Source: Candidatus Micrarchaeota archaeon (GTDB lineage: Archaea; Micrarchaeota; Micrarchaeia; Anstonellales; JAGGVH01). From it: a stretch of DNA of 64,000 nt. A program made the translations under genes and the position numbers. Under the pieces are notes generated by a model, which was not told where the DNA came from, searched no databases, and saw only the letters and a program-made list of their open reading frames with translations. The DNA lies in assembly GCA_020854835.1 (NCBI GenBank), contig JAHKLX010000022.1, forward strand, positions 55,242 through 119,241. The letters are read 5' to 3'. Of this stretch, positions 56,014-64,000 are shown one piece after another; the stretch's first letter is position 1, and the number at the start of each line of letters is the position of its first letter.

Positions 56014-56691
56014 ATGAAATCTTCTAAAAACCTTAATGTCAAACCCAAACACAAACCCAAAAAAACATCAAAAAAAGAACAACTTGAAAAAACAGTTATA
56101 GATATTGCGTTGGATGTTGCCAGAGAAGGTAAGGGAGCATTATTTGTTATTGGAAACCTAAAAAAAGGAAAAGATTATGTTTGTATGTACCCGAATTTAT
56201 TTGAAAAAAACCACATGTCTCTTTTGAAAAAAGGAATGGGCCCGATAGTTAAAAATCTATCAGGTTTAGATGGTGCAATTATTATAAATACTGATGGAAA
56301 AATCCTTGCTTATGGTGCAAGAATAAAACACCAAAAAAATATACCTGGTTTTGGTACAAGACACGCAGCAGCGAGAGGAATTTCAAATACGGGTGCGTTG
56401 GCAATAACTGCATCAGAGGAGAATCATATCGTAAGGATTTTTAAACAGGGCAGTATAATAATGGAGATAAACCCTTATACTAAAACAGTCAGAAAAAATC
56501 TTGATAAAATTGTCAGTATATTAAATTCTCCTGAAACCAGTGCAATGGTCGCAGGTGCTTTGGGTTCGGCATTTATTGCTGGTGCTGTTACTGCAACAGC
56601 TGTTTTACCTGGGGTAATAGTATTCACAGGAGGATATGTTGTTTCCAGAAAAATCATGGATTTTCTTGAAACACTCCAAAAAAAGAGGTGA
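56014..56691 (+). CDS. Diadenylate cyclase (DAC-domain protein) with a K-rich N-terminus and a C-terminal TM segment
   Basis: DAC motifs LDGAIIINTDGKILAYGARI and GTRHAAARGIS, then ITASEENHIVRIFKQG. Hydrophobic C-terminal segment AMVAGALGSAFIAGAVTATAVLPGVIVFTGGYVV. Confidence 0.8.
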   Translation: MKSSKNLNVKPKHKPKKTSKKEQLEKTVIDIALDVAREGKGALFVIGNLKKGKDYVCMYPNLFEKNHMSLLKKGMGPIVKNLSGLDGAIIINTDGKILAYGARIKHQKNIPGFGTRHAAARGISNTGALAITASEENHIVRIFKQGSIIMEINPYTKTVRKNLDKIVSILNSPETSAMVAGALGSAFIAGAVTATAVLPGVIVFTGGYVVSRKIMDFLETLQKKR

Positions 56692-56696
56692 AATCG

Positions 56697-57788
56697 ATGA
56701 ACATATATGATGGCGATTACAGAAAATTGATGATTCTACCAATATTATTAATATTAGTTGGTTTATTCTTTATCCCAAGTGTTCAACTTGGTATTGATTT
56801 TCAAGGTGGAACAATTATAAGATTGTACACTCCTGACGAAGCAAATATCGATGATCTAAAAGCAAATCTTATTGAGAATGGATTGAATATTCGTAAGGTT
56901 CAACAAATACAAACTCAGATTCAAAATGTAGTTGAAATTGAATTGGATCAAGATGACAAATTATCTGCTGCAGAGGATTTAAGGGGCATTTTTTATACTT
57001 ATTTTGATGATTATGTATACCTGGAAAGTATTGTAACAGATCCAACAATAAGTGATGCAAACTTAGAAAAACAACAAGCCCTTGAGGAATATAATGAGAT
57101 TTCTCCTTTCGTTTTAGATTCTGCAAATCAAATGTTTGAAATCGCAGATTACACACCTGATTATACAGAAGCGAATGAAATGAAAAGTGATTTTGATGCG
57201 GCGTATAATTCTGTTAAAAAAGATTATCAGGAGAGAGTTTCATCTTCTATAAACATAGAATATGATTCAATATCTGTTAAAACCGTATCGCCCACTTTGG
57301 GAGTCAAATTTATTGAAAGAGCTTTATCTGCTATTTTGTGGGCATTATTACTATCTGTGATTTTGGCATTCGCAGTATTTAGAAAAATTGCTACAAGTAT
57401 AATTGTTTTTATTGGAGCATTTGCTGATGTAGTTATAACCTTGGGTGCTATGGGTTTATTTGGAATTCCTTTAACCTTGCCATCATTTGCTGCATTACTT
57501 ATGATGTTGGGTTTTTCATTGAATACTGATATGCTTTTAACAATGAGGCTGATTAAACAAAGAAAAGGAACTTTAAGAGATGCTTCTTGGTCTGCTCTCA
57601 AAACCGGAACAACAATGAGTACGACCGATTTAATAGCGTTTTCATCTTTGTTGATATTAGGTCATTTGACACATTTAACAACTTACTCACAGATAGCTTC
57701 TATTGCAGTTATTGGTCTTGTGGGCGATTTAATCGCAACATGGATGCTTAGCGCTCCACTGATTATGGTTTTACTTAAGGAAAGGTGA
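56697..57788 (+). CDS. secF: Protein-export membrane protein SecF
   Basis: GIDFQGGT motif after the first TM and six TMs with a periplasmic loop. ATG 56697 follows GAGGTGA (the track start at 56688 is the GTG in the SD). Confidence 0.85.
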   Translation: MNIYDGDYRKLMILPILLILVGLFFIPSVQLGIDFQGGTIIRLYTPDEANIDDLKANLIENGLNIRKVQQIQTQIQNVVEIELDQDDKLSAAEDLRGIFYTYFDDYVYLESIVTDPTISDANLEKQQALEEYNEISPFVLDSANQMFEIADYTPDYTEANEMKSDFDAAYNSVKKDYQERVSSSINIEYDSISVKTVSPTLGVKFIERALSAILWALLLSVILAFAVFRKIATSIIVFIGAFADVVITLGAMGLFGIPLTLPSFAALLMMLGFSLNTDMLLTMRLIKQRKGTLRDASWSALKTGTTMSTTDLIAFSSLLILGHLTHLTTYSQIASIAVIGLVGDLIATWMLSAPLIMVLLKER

Positions 57789-57793
57789 TTACT

Positions 57794-59404
57794 ATGGATT
57801 GGCTTAAAATTAGAATTTATCTTTTTATCGTTCTTGTAGCAGTAGGTTTGGCATCAATGGGTTACAGATATTACACTGAAGGTACTCCGGTTTATTTGGG
57901 TATTGATTTTTCAGGAGGTACAAGGATTCCTGTTCTTTTGGAAAGACCTGTGGATGCAGATACTATGAGTGATATTGTTGATAATATCAAAAAAAGAGCA
58001 TCATCATTTGCTTTAACCGAGGTCAAAGTTAGGGCTCTTGGAAGCGATGAAATAGCTATAGAACTGCCCACCAGCAGTGAAGAATATGTTTCTAGGGTTG
58101 AAGAGATACTGTCCTCTAAAGGAGTTTTTATGGCGATAGTAGATGGAAAAATAGCAGTTACTGGCGAGGATTTGTACGAATCTTCAATAAATGATGCAAC
58201 AGAAAGTGCTCGTATGTCAAAGCCAGGTGCAGGACCTGGTTTGTGGGGAGTTGGATTCACAGTTACACAAAAAGGCGCTGAAAAGATGGCTGCCACAATG
58301 AATAATAAAGCTAACTATCCAGTTTACATGTTTCTTGATAGACCTTCAAACTCAGTTATTTTAGTTCCTAGAAGTGCATTATTAGAAAATGTTCCTGCAT
58401 TACAAACAGAGTTTGAGAAGAGAGGAACAATTGGAGATACAGGAGAACAAATGCTTCTTAATGTATTGATAACTACTATGAAACTTGAAAAAGATGATGT
58501 TCCAGTTTATATTTTGGAGGATACTAATTCGTATGCTTTGATAACACCTACAAATAACCAAACAAAAGTTTTAGTTCCGGACAATGTTTCGCCAGATGTT
58601 GTTTCTAATTTGGAATCAAGAGGTTTTAGTGTTGTTAGACGTCCATACAGTGATTTTGTTCCAAGTTATATGCCAAATGAAATACATGGTGTTGTTGCTG
58701 ATGAATGGGCAGTTGCAGGTTTAATGAATGCACCAGGAGTTTCACCCGATTTATCTATAGGAGTTGCAACAGGTAATTCCTATTATGTTAGTGGTGTGGT
58801 GGATGCTCAAACAAACACACTGGCAGTTCAAAAAGCACAAGAACAAAAACAGAGAATTATGTCAATATTAAAAGGTGGCGCTCTACCTGTTCAGATAACT
58901 TTGGGGAGTAGAACTATTGTTCCTGCACCATTAGGAGGAAAATTCCTTGAGTATAGTGTTTTGGGCATCCTCCTAGCAATCATATCAATATCTCTCTTTA
59001 TTGGATTAAGATATAGAAGTCCAAAGGTTATAATTGGATTACTTCTGGCAAGTTTAGGAGAGGTAATCATATTAGTTTCATTTATAGGATCTTTTTCAAT
59101 TGATCTGGGTGCAATGGCAGGTATAATTGCAGCCATTGGCATTTCGGTTGATTCAGAGGTTGTTATAACTGATGAAATGTTGAGCAAGTCGGGAAATATT
59201 AAAGATAGAATAAAAAGAGCTTTTGAGATAGTTATGACAACAGGAGCAATTTCTGTTATAACTATGATACCTTTGATATTCTCTGGTTTGACAGAAATCA
59301 TTGGTTTTGCAACTTCAACAATGCTTGGAACGCTTATTGGTATGTTTATCAGCAGATATGCCTATGCCGAATATATTAAAAGATTTGTGCTACAAGAAGA
59401 TTAA
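57794..59404 (+). CDS. secD: Protein-export membrane protein SecD
   Basis: GIDFSGGTRI motif, a large extracytoplasmic domain and a C-terminal six-TM bundle. ATG 57794 follows AGGTGA. Confidence 0.85.
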   Translation: MDWLKIRIYLFIVLVAVGLASMGYRYYTEGTPVYLGIDFSGGTRIPVLLERPVDADTMSDIVDNIKKRASSFALTEVKVRALGSDEIAIELPTSSEEYVSRVEEILSSKGVFMAIVDGKIAVTGEDLYESSINDATESARMSKPGAGPGLWGVGFTVTQKGAEKMAATMNNKANYPVYMFLDRPSNSVILVPRSALLENVPALQTEFEKRGTIGDTGEQMLLNVLITTMKLEKDDVPVYILEDTNSYALITPTNNQTKVLVPDNVSPDVVSNLESRGFSVVRRPYSDFVPSYMPNEIHGVVADEWAVAGLMNAPGVSPDLSIGVATGNSYYVSGVVDAQTNTLAVQKAQEQKQRIMSILKGGALPVQITLGSRTIVPAPLGGKFLEYSVLGILLAIISISLFIGLRYRSPKVIIGLLLASLGEVIILVSFIGSFSIDLGAMAGIIAAIGISVDSEVVITDEMLSKSGNIKDRIKRAFEIVMTTGAISVITMIPLIFSGLTEIIGFATSTMLGTLIGMFISRYAYAEYIKRFVLQED

Positions 59405-59416
59405 TAGGTGAAATAG

Positions 59417-59866
59417 ATGGGGCATATATTAAAATCAAAAGAAGGTGTGAATGTTGCTCAGGAAATCAATAATATTCATAATACCCTACCTGAAATATGG
59501 TCTAAGTTTGATGAGAAATACATTGTTTCAATATGCAAAAAACACGGAATTGATGTAAAATTTGATACAGAGATATTTGTCCCCTCTCAAGCTGAAATGG
59601 GTTTCTTTTTGAGTCCAGAAGATATGCCAGAGATAAGAAGACCTTTACCCGGTCATTCTGTTTCCTCTTCAGTTGATTTTCTTGCTTTCAAAGAATATAA
59701 TGTATCAGAATCGGGACAATTTGTTTTATTAAAACAAATAAATCTTTTACCTGCGGAGAATAAAACTGCAGATTGGGCAGGTTTAAGACAGGAATTAGAA
59801 GATGTTAAAACATCTTTCAAGAAAGATTTTACATTAAAACAAATTCCCAAAATAAAAAAAGTTTAG
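59417..59866 (+). CDS. Hypothetical protein
   Basis: AGGTGA SD. No family recognised. Confidence 0.5.
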   Translation: MGHILKSKEGVNVAQEINNIHNTLPEIWSKFDEKYIVSICKKHGIDVKFDTEIFVPSQAEMGFFLSPEDMPEIRRPLPGHSVSSSVDFLAFKEYNVSESGQFVLLKQINLLPAENKTADWAGLRQELEDVKTSFKKDFTLKQIPKIKKV

Positions 59867-59887
59867 ATACTAAGTAGTTTCATATTT

Positions 59888-60349
59888 ATGGCCAAGGAAA
59901 AGTTTATTGAGTATCAAGGAGAACAGATTCATGTTTCAGTTGGTGCAGTAATTATTGTTGACAACAAAATATTAATGATTGATAGAGTTAACTTTCCTTT
60001 AGGTTGGGCCTGTCCTGCAGGCCATGTCGATGAAGGCGAAACAGTTGAACAGGCTTTGGTTAGGGAAGTTAGAGAAGAAACTGGTTTTAATGTAACTTTT
60101 GCTAAAGAAATTTATACAGAATTTACCTCTTGGAATGAATGTAATAGGGGAGTTAAGGGCCATTTCTGGCATATTTTTCTTTGCACAGGCGAAGGGAAAA
60201 TTACAACTAGCAAAAAAGAAGTTAAAGATTGGGGATGGAAAAAATTAGACGAAATAGAAGAAATTTTAAAATCAGAAAAAATGGAGGAAGTTTGGGTTTT
60301 CTGGTTTAAAAAATTCAAAAAAGATAAATTATTTGATTTTATTGGGTGA
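59888..60349 (+). CDS. NUDIX hydrolase
   Basis: Nudix box GHVDEGETVEQALVREVREETGF. Confidence 0.85.
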   Translation: MAKEKFIEYQGEQIHVSVGAVIIVDNKILMIDRVNFPLGWACPAGHVDEGETVEQALVREVREETGFNVTFAKEIYTEFTSWNECNRGVKGHFWHIFLCTGEGKITTSKKEVKDWGWKKLDEIEEILKSEKMEEVWVFWFKKFKKDKLFDFIG

Positions 60350-60353
60350 AACA

Positions 60354-61346
60354 ATGGCAAGAAAAAAGAAAATAATTGATTATAATGATGATTACTTAAA
60401 TTTATTGGCTAAGCAAGGTTACCATATTATTGGCAATCACTCAGGAATAAAACCATGTAAATGGTTCCATGAATCCTTAAGAGGGGGGGAACTTTGTTAT
60501 AAGGCCAAATTTTATGGGATTCGATCTCATCAATGTATGCAGTCAACTTCATGTTTGCAATTTTGCACAAACTCTTGTGTTTTTTGTTGGAGACAGATGC
60601 CAGAAAAAGAAGAAGACGATACTCCCAATAACAGTTTCAAATGGGATGATCCCAAATTTATTGTTGATGGTTTGATAAAAGAGCAATTAAAATTTGTTCA
60701 AGGATATAAGGGCTATGATAAATGTCCGCCCGATAGATTGGAAGAAGCTTTCGATCCCAAACTTCTAACACTTTCTTTAACTGGCGAGCCAACTATTTAT
60801 CCTTATTTGAGCGATCTGATTGGAGAAGCAAAAAAAAGAGGGAGATATGTTTTTCTTGTTACGAATGGTGCTTTGCCAGAGAGGTTGGAAAAACTTGAAA
60901 ACCTGCCGACTCAGTTATATGTTTCAATGGATGCTCCTGATGAAGAAACGTATTTTCTTGTTTGTAGACCACATAGCAAAACAGGTTGGGAAAAATATTT
61001 GAAAACTTTAGATTACATGAAAAAAATTAAAGGAAAAACAAGAACTGTTCTAAGAATGACATTAGTCAGAGATAGAAACGATCACGGTTGGGAAGGTTAT
61101 GCCAAACAAATAAAACAAGCTGAGCCAGATTATGTTGAGGTCAAAAGTTTTGTTTTTGTCGGGGGAGCAAGAAATCCCGAGAGGGGTTTAAGGTTAGAAG
61201 ATATGCTTAAAATGGACGAAATTCGTGAAATCGGAAAGATATTGGCGAATTTAACAGGATATGTTTTAACAGATGAGCATGTTTCATCCAGAGTTGTTCT
61301 ACTTTGTAGAGATAAAAAAGCTATTGATGAAAGGTTTATTGAGTGA
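60354..61346 (+). CDS. taw1: tRNA 4-demethylwyosine synthase Taw1 (TYW1 homologue, radical SAM)
   Basis: GYHIIGNHSGIKPCKW, CYKAKFYGIRSHQC and the CTNSCVFCWR cluster motif. ATG 60354 follows GGGTGA (the track start at 60333 is TTG). Confidence 0.85.
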   Translation: MARKKKIIDYNDDYLNLLAKQGYHIIGNHSGIKPCKWFHESLRGGELCYKAKFYGIRSHQCMQSTSCLQFCTNSCVFCWRQMPEKEEDDTPNNSFKWDDPKFIVDGLIKEQLKFVQGYKGYDKCPPDRLEEAFDPKLLTLSLTGEPTIYPYLSDLIGEAKKRGRYVFLVTNGALPERLEKLENLPTQLYVSMDAPDEETYFLVCRPHSKTGWEKYLKTLDYMKKIKGKTRTVLRMTLVRDRNDHGWEGYAKQIKQAEPDYVEVKSFVFVGGARNPERGLRLEDMLKMDEIREIGKILANLTGYVLTDEHVSSRVVLLCRDKKAIDERFIE

Positions 61347-61430
61347 TATGAAAATTCTACTACATAAATCTAAATGTTTTTTATTTATAAATATCTTAGG
61401 AAAATTAGAAAAAAATAAAAAATAGAAAAA

Positions 61431-61449
61431 TCGCCACCGAAATGGCGCT
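61431..61449 (-). terminator. Hairpin plus T-run on the minus strand, a possible csp terminator
   Basis: The minus strand reads CGCCA-UUUCGG-UGGCG followed by AUUUUUCUAUUUUUUAUUUUUUU, about 175 nt downstream of the csp stop. Confidence 0.35.
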
Positions 61450-61622
61450 TAAAAATCAAACATATATGACAGCTTTTTAAAGTTTGAGAATATTCGAAAC
61501 AACAGTGTTTAAATAAAAAAATTATCAAAACTTATTGTTCATTAAATATTCTAAATACACATAAATCTATCATACCTATCTGTTTTTCATGTAAACATTT
61601 TCAATAAGAAAATAAGTTTGAT

Positions 61623-61814
61623 TTAAACTTTTTCTACATTTACAGCTTTGGGGCCTTTTTCTCCTTGTTCTACTTCGAAGTTTACTTCGTCCCCCTCGTT
61701 TATTCTTACGCCGGCTTTCAAACCAGTTGAGTGAACAAAATAATCTGTTCCATCATCACCGGTAATAAAACCGAAATTTTTTATTACATTATAGAATTTT
61801 ACTGTACCTTTCAT
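61623..61814 (-). CDS. csp: Cold-shock protein (CspA family)
   Basis: MKGTVKFYNVIKNFGFITGDDGTDYFVHSTGL carries RNP1/RNP2-like motifs in a 63-aa protein. AGGTGA SD upstream. Confidence 0.9.
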   Translation of the reverse strand: MKGTVKFYNVIKNFGFITGDDGTDYFVHSTGLKAGVRINEGDEVNFEVEQGEKGPKAVNVEKV

Positions 61815-61890
61815 ATTAAATCACCTAATTTTTTTATCCCAATAATAAGGGATAACTTATTTTTAACCCGTAAGTTTATATATTGTTCGT

Positions 61891-62922
61891 TCAGTTTATC
61901 TTGAATCTCAAAAGGGCCATAAGTCCTCCAAGACCTTTCAATTTTCTACCTGAATCGCTTTCACTTGAAAATAAAACATATTCCACTCTTTTTTTATCAC
62001 ATTCATCTAAAAGATGTTTTATGTTCTCTTTTTTTATTAATTCCTCATAAACGAGCAATAATTCAGTTGCACCACACATAACACTATCCTTGACATTTTC
62101 ATAACCATACACACAAAGACCATCATCTTTTCCCAGGTGAGTCATTGCTTTTTCCAGCAAATTGGCTTCTTCTGCAAGCTGGTGTTCGTGTAGAATAGAA
62201 GATAAAGAATTTTTTATTATTTCATTAACTCCCGAACTTCCAGATACTGATGTGTTGACAAAAAGCATTCTTTTCAATAAATCATTATTATTTTTTTCAA
62301 GATATTTTTTCAGTGAATCTTTTGTGAATCCTGTCCCCCCCACTATTATTTTTCCTTCGGTATAAGTTGTTTCAATAAATTTTGAAACTTCATTCAAATA
62401 TTTAACAAAGTTTTCAGAATAATTCGGATCTCTTTTAGATGTGTTTGAATGAATTTCTCCTGCAGATTGGACTCCATATGTTAAAACTTTTGAGAATGCT
62501 GCTGATTCGTCATCAATAACTACTATTCCTACTTTTATCTTTTGTGCGTGTTCAATCGCCATTTTAAATCTTTTTCGATCTGCAGAGGTTATTTCTTTTT
62601 GAATTGTTATTGTATCGTTTGGTTTAACTTCGATAGTATGATATGAACCTACTTGTACGAATTCCTCAGGTCGGCCTTCAATTATTTTGCCAGTTACTCT
62701 CAAATTTACACCATACTCTGAAAATTCAACTTTTTCAGTTTCAACAGTTAGGTTAACAGGTTTTCTATCTGCGGGAGCATCTGGTCTTGGTTTATAGGTT
62801 CTGTAGGTTCTACCACTAATCAACGAACCCGGAACAATAATTTTTTCTAAATGCCAAAGATCTTCAACACTTTGAGGTGTTGCCAATATCCTTTGATCTT
62901 TATTGTTAATTTTAGCTTTCAT
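61891..62922 (-). CDS. pelA: Pelota (Dom34 homologue), mRNA surveillance / ribosome rescue factor
   Basis: DLWHLEKII..GSLISG motif and an eRF1-like three-domain length. ATG 62922 is preferred over the track start at 62967, which overlaps the upstream gene. Confidence 0.85.
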   Translation of the reverse strand: MKAKINNKDQRILATPQSVEDLWHLEKIIVPGSLISGRTYRTYKPRPDAPADRKPVNLTVETEKVEFSEYGVNLRVTGKIIEGRPEEFVQVGSYHTIEVKPNDTITIQKEITSADRKRFKMAIEHAQKIKVGIVVIDDESAAFSKVLTYGVQSAGEIHSNTSKRDPNYSENFVKYLNEVSKFIETTYTEGKIIVGGTGFTKDSLKKYLEKNNNDLLKRMLFVNTSVSGSSGVNEIIKNSLSSILHEHQLAEEANLLEKAMTHLGKDDGLCVYGYENVKDSVMCGATELLLVYEELIKKENIKHLLDECDKKRVEYVLFSSESDSGRKLKGLGGLMALLRFKIN

Positions 62923-62947
62923 AAATAAAAAAAGGAGAAAAGGGTTT

Positions 62948-63787
62948 TTATTCGTTTGTTTCAACAAAGGGTCCTAAACGTCTTTCGATCTGTATTGCAT
63001 CTTCCTCAAGTTCTACTGCTTCCCTACATAAATATGCAGCTTCTTTAGTTTTACCTTCAGCAACGTTTTTGATTTCTTTTGTAAGTTCAATTATTTGTTT
63101 TGCTTCATCTTTGGCTTTACCAACCCATTTTAGCATCTTTATTCTAATTTTTTCCGAGAATAATCTTTCTGGAAGTTCTGCTTTTCCAACATTTTCTCTA
63201 ATTTTTTTGTTACATACCCATTGTGAAAAACCAAGGGCAAATAAGGGGACTGTAATAAAGATTAGAGCACTATTTGCCAATGTTGCCATAATTGATTTAA
63301 AATCTGTAACAATGAATCCCGGATTTGCCATAAAATATTTCACTGCATGGTATGAAATTGGCAATGTGGCTAAAACTGCAACCCCTGCGAAGAATTTTTT
63401 TATTCCTCCTAAAACTGCATTTTTATCATCCATATTGTTTTCCCATTTATCTCTTTGTTTCACTGCTTCTTTTATGGCAGTTTTACCAAAGTTTACCTCA
63501 TCCTGGATTACGTTTACACCATCCGCAATTAAAATAATTGAAACTATTTTTTTCCGATTTTTTTCATTTATTCTTTTGACTATTTCTCCAAGCCCTATCA
63601 AATCATCTATTATTACTCCTTGTTTTGCTTCAAATTCTTCAATACTGGGAATCTCGGCCAATCCTTTAAATCTCAAAACTTCCTCTAATATTTTTGCAGC
63701 TTCAACAGGATTTTCTTCTTTCCTTGCTCGTTTTACTTCTTCTTTGATATGTCCCAAAATTGTTCTATCGTACCCAATCCTTGCCAT
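62948..63787 (-). CDS. Hypothetical protein with K/E-rich helical ends and two central TM helices
   Basis: GAGGTGA SD 6 nt upstream. Its composition is protein-like, unlike the S/F-rich antisense ORF on the plus strand. Confidence 0.55.
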   Translation of the reverse strand: MARIGYDRTILGHIKEEVKRARKEENPVEAAKILEEVLRFKGLAEIPSIEEFEAKQGVIIDDLIGLGEIVKRINEKNRKKIVSIILIADGVNVIQDEVNFGKTAIKEAVKQRDKWENNMDDKNAVLGGIKKFFAGVAVLATLPISYHAVKYFMANPGFIVTDFKSIMATLANSALIFITVPLFALGFSQWVCNKKIRENVGKAELPERLFSEKIRIKMLKWVGKAKDEAKQIIELTKEIKNVAEGKTKEAAYLCREAVELEEDAIQIERRLGPFVETNE

Positions 63788-63898
63788 AAAGTGTCACCTC
63801 AAAACATAGTTTATAACAATATATTTTATGTGTGAGAAGGTTTAAAAACGTTTGTTTAAACAGCAACGTTTATTTATTTATGTCTCTTATTAAATAAT

Positions 63899-64000
63899 AT
63901 GATTCCAAATCCACTTAAATTTGCAGGGAGCCTGTTGAAGATTTTTGTAGCAGTATTGATTTTAGGAGGTTTTATTTACCTTTTTATGAATTATAATGTT
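63899..64000 (+). CDS. 5' end of a hypothetical membrane protein (runs off the window)
   Basis: The ATG opens a frame encoding MIPNPLKFAGSLLKIFVAVLILGGFIYLF..., which stays open to the window end. Confidence 0.3.
   Translation, partial: MIPNPLKFAGSLLKIFVAVLILGGFIYLFMNYNV

Noticed and set aside
63069-63809. 246-aa plus-strand ORF covering the same DNA as the 62948-63787 minus-strand gene
   Set aside because: Its product is S/F/I/L-rich low-complexity sequence, typical of the antisense frame of a K/E-rich gene, and it has no SD. The minus-strand ORF has a GAGGTGA SD and protein-like composition.
1-64000. Search for mobile elements, prophage genes, rRNA operons and a replication origin
   Set aside because: I recognised no transposase, integrase, capsid or terminase-like ORFs, no inverted terminal repeats and no rRNA-like sequence. 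There is no orc1/cdc6 gene with flanking ORB-type repeats. The longest intergenic regions (about 220-360 nt) show no repeated boxes.

Overview
This is a strongly AT-rich, gene-dense archaeal chromosomal segment with no rRNA, CRISPR array, transposase or integrase that I could recognise. Archaeal identity rests on three things. First, the conserved block rps19e / PDCD5-like / rpl39e / rpl31e / eIF6 / rplX / prefoldin-alpha / ftsY at 8.8-13.3 kb. Second, TFE, Trm1, Taw1, Pelota, Csl4-RpoL, RNase P Rpp21, a Sec11-type signal peptidase and SecF/SecD. Third, an intron-containing tRNA. Several genes look bacterial in type: gyrB-gyrA, a short AlaRS, CspA, AlkD-like and DprA-like. Together with several giant surface or membrane proteins, these suggest a small-genome, host-associated (DPANN-like) archaeon; that placement is inference only. 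Genes start in two ways: after a GGTGA-type Shine-Dalgarno, or apparently leaderless with a TATA-like box about 25 nt upstream. On that basis I moved several starts in the ORF track (GTG/TTG inside the SD) to the next ATG. The observations most worth follow-up are: (1) a 13-bp perfect tandem duplication at 48049-48074 that frameshifts and splits what would be a roughly 2,100-aa modular beta-helix surface protein; (2) a GC-enriched, roughly 226-nt structured RNA gene at 55064-55289 with its own TATA box, an 8-bp closing helix and an oligo-T tail, which I cannot assign to SRP RNA or RNase P RNA by eye; (3) a co-directional cluster at 14.1-23.7 kb of a 1,814-aa orphan giant protein, a 423-aa orphan, a KaiC/RecA-like ATPase with an overlapping small partner, a MidA-like methyltransferase and a DprA-fold protein; (4) linker-histone-like lysine-rich tails on two tandem TFE paralogues and a standalone K-rich protein built from near-perfect 54-bp repeats; (5) a 1,244-aa secreted protein ending in an outer-membrane-protein-like C-terminal motif. 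All functional calls come from by-eye motif recognition; no searches were run.
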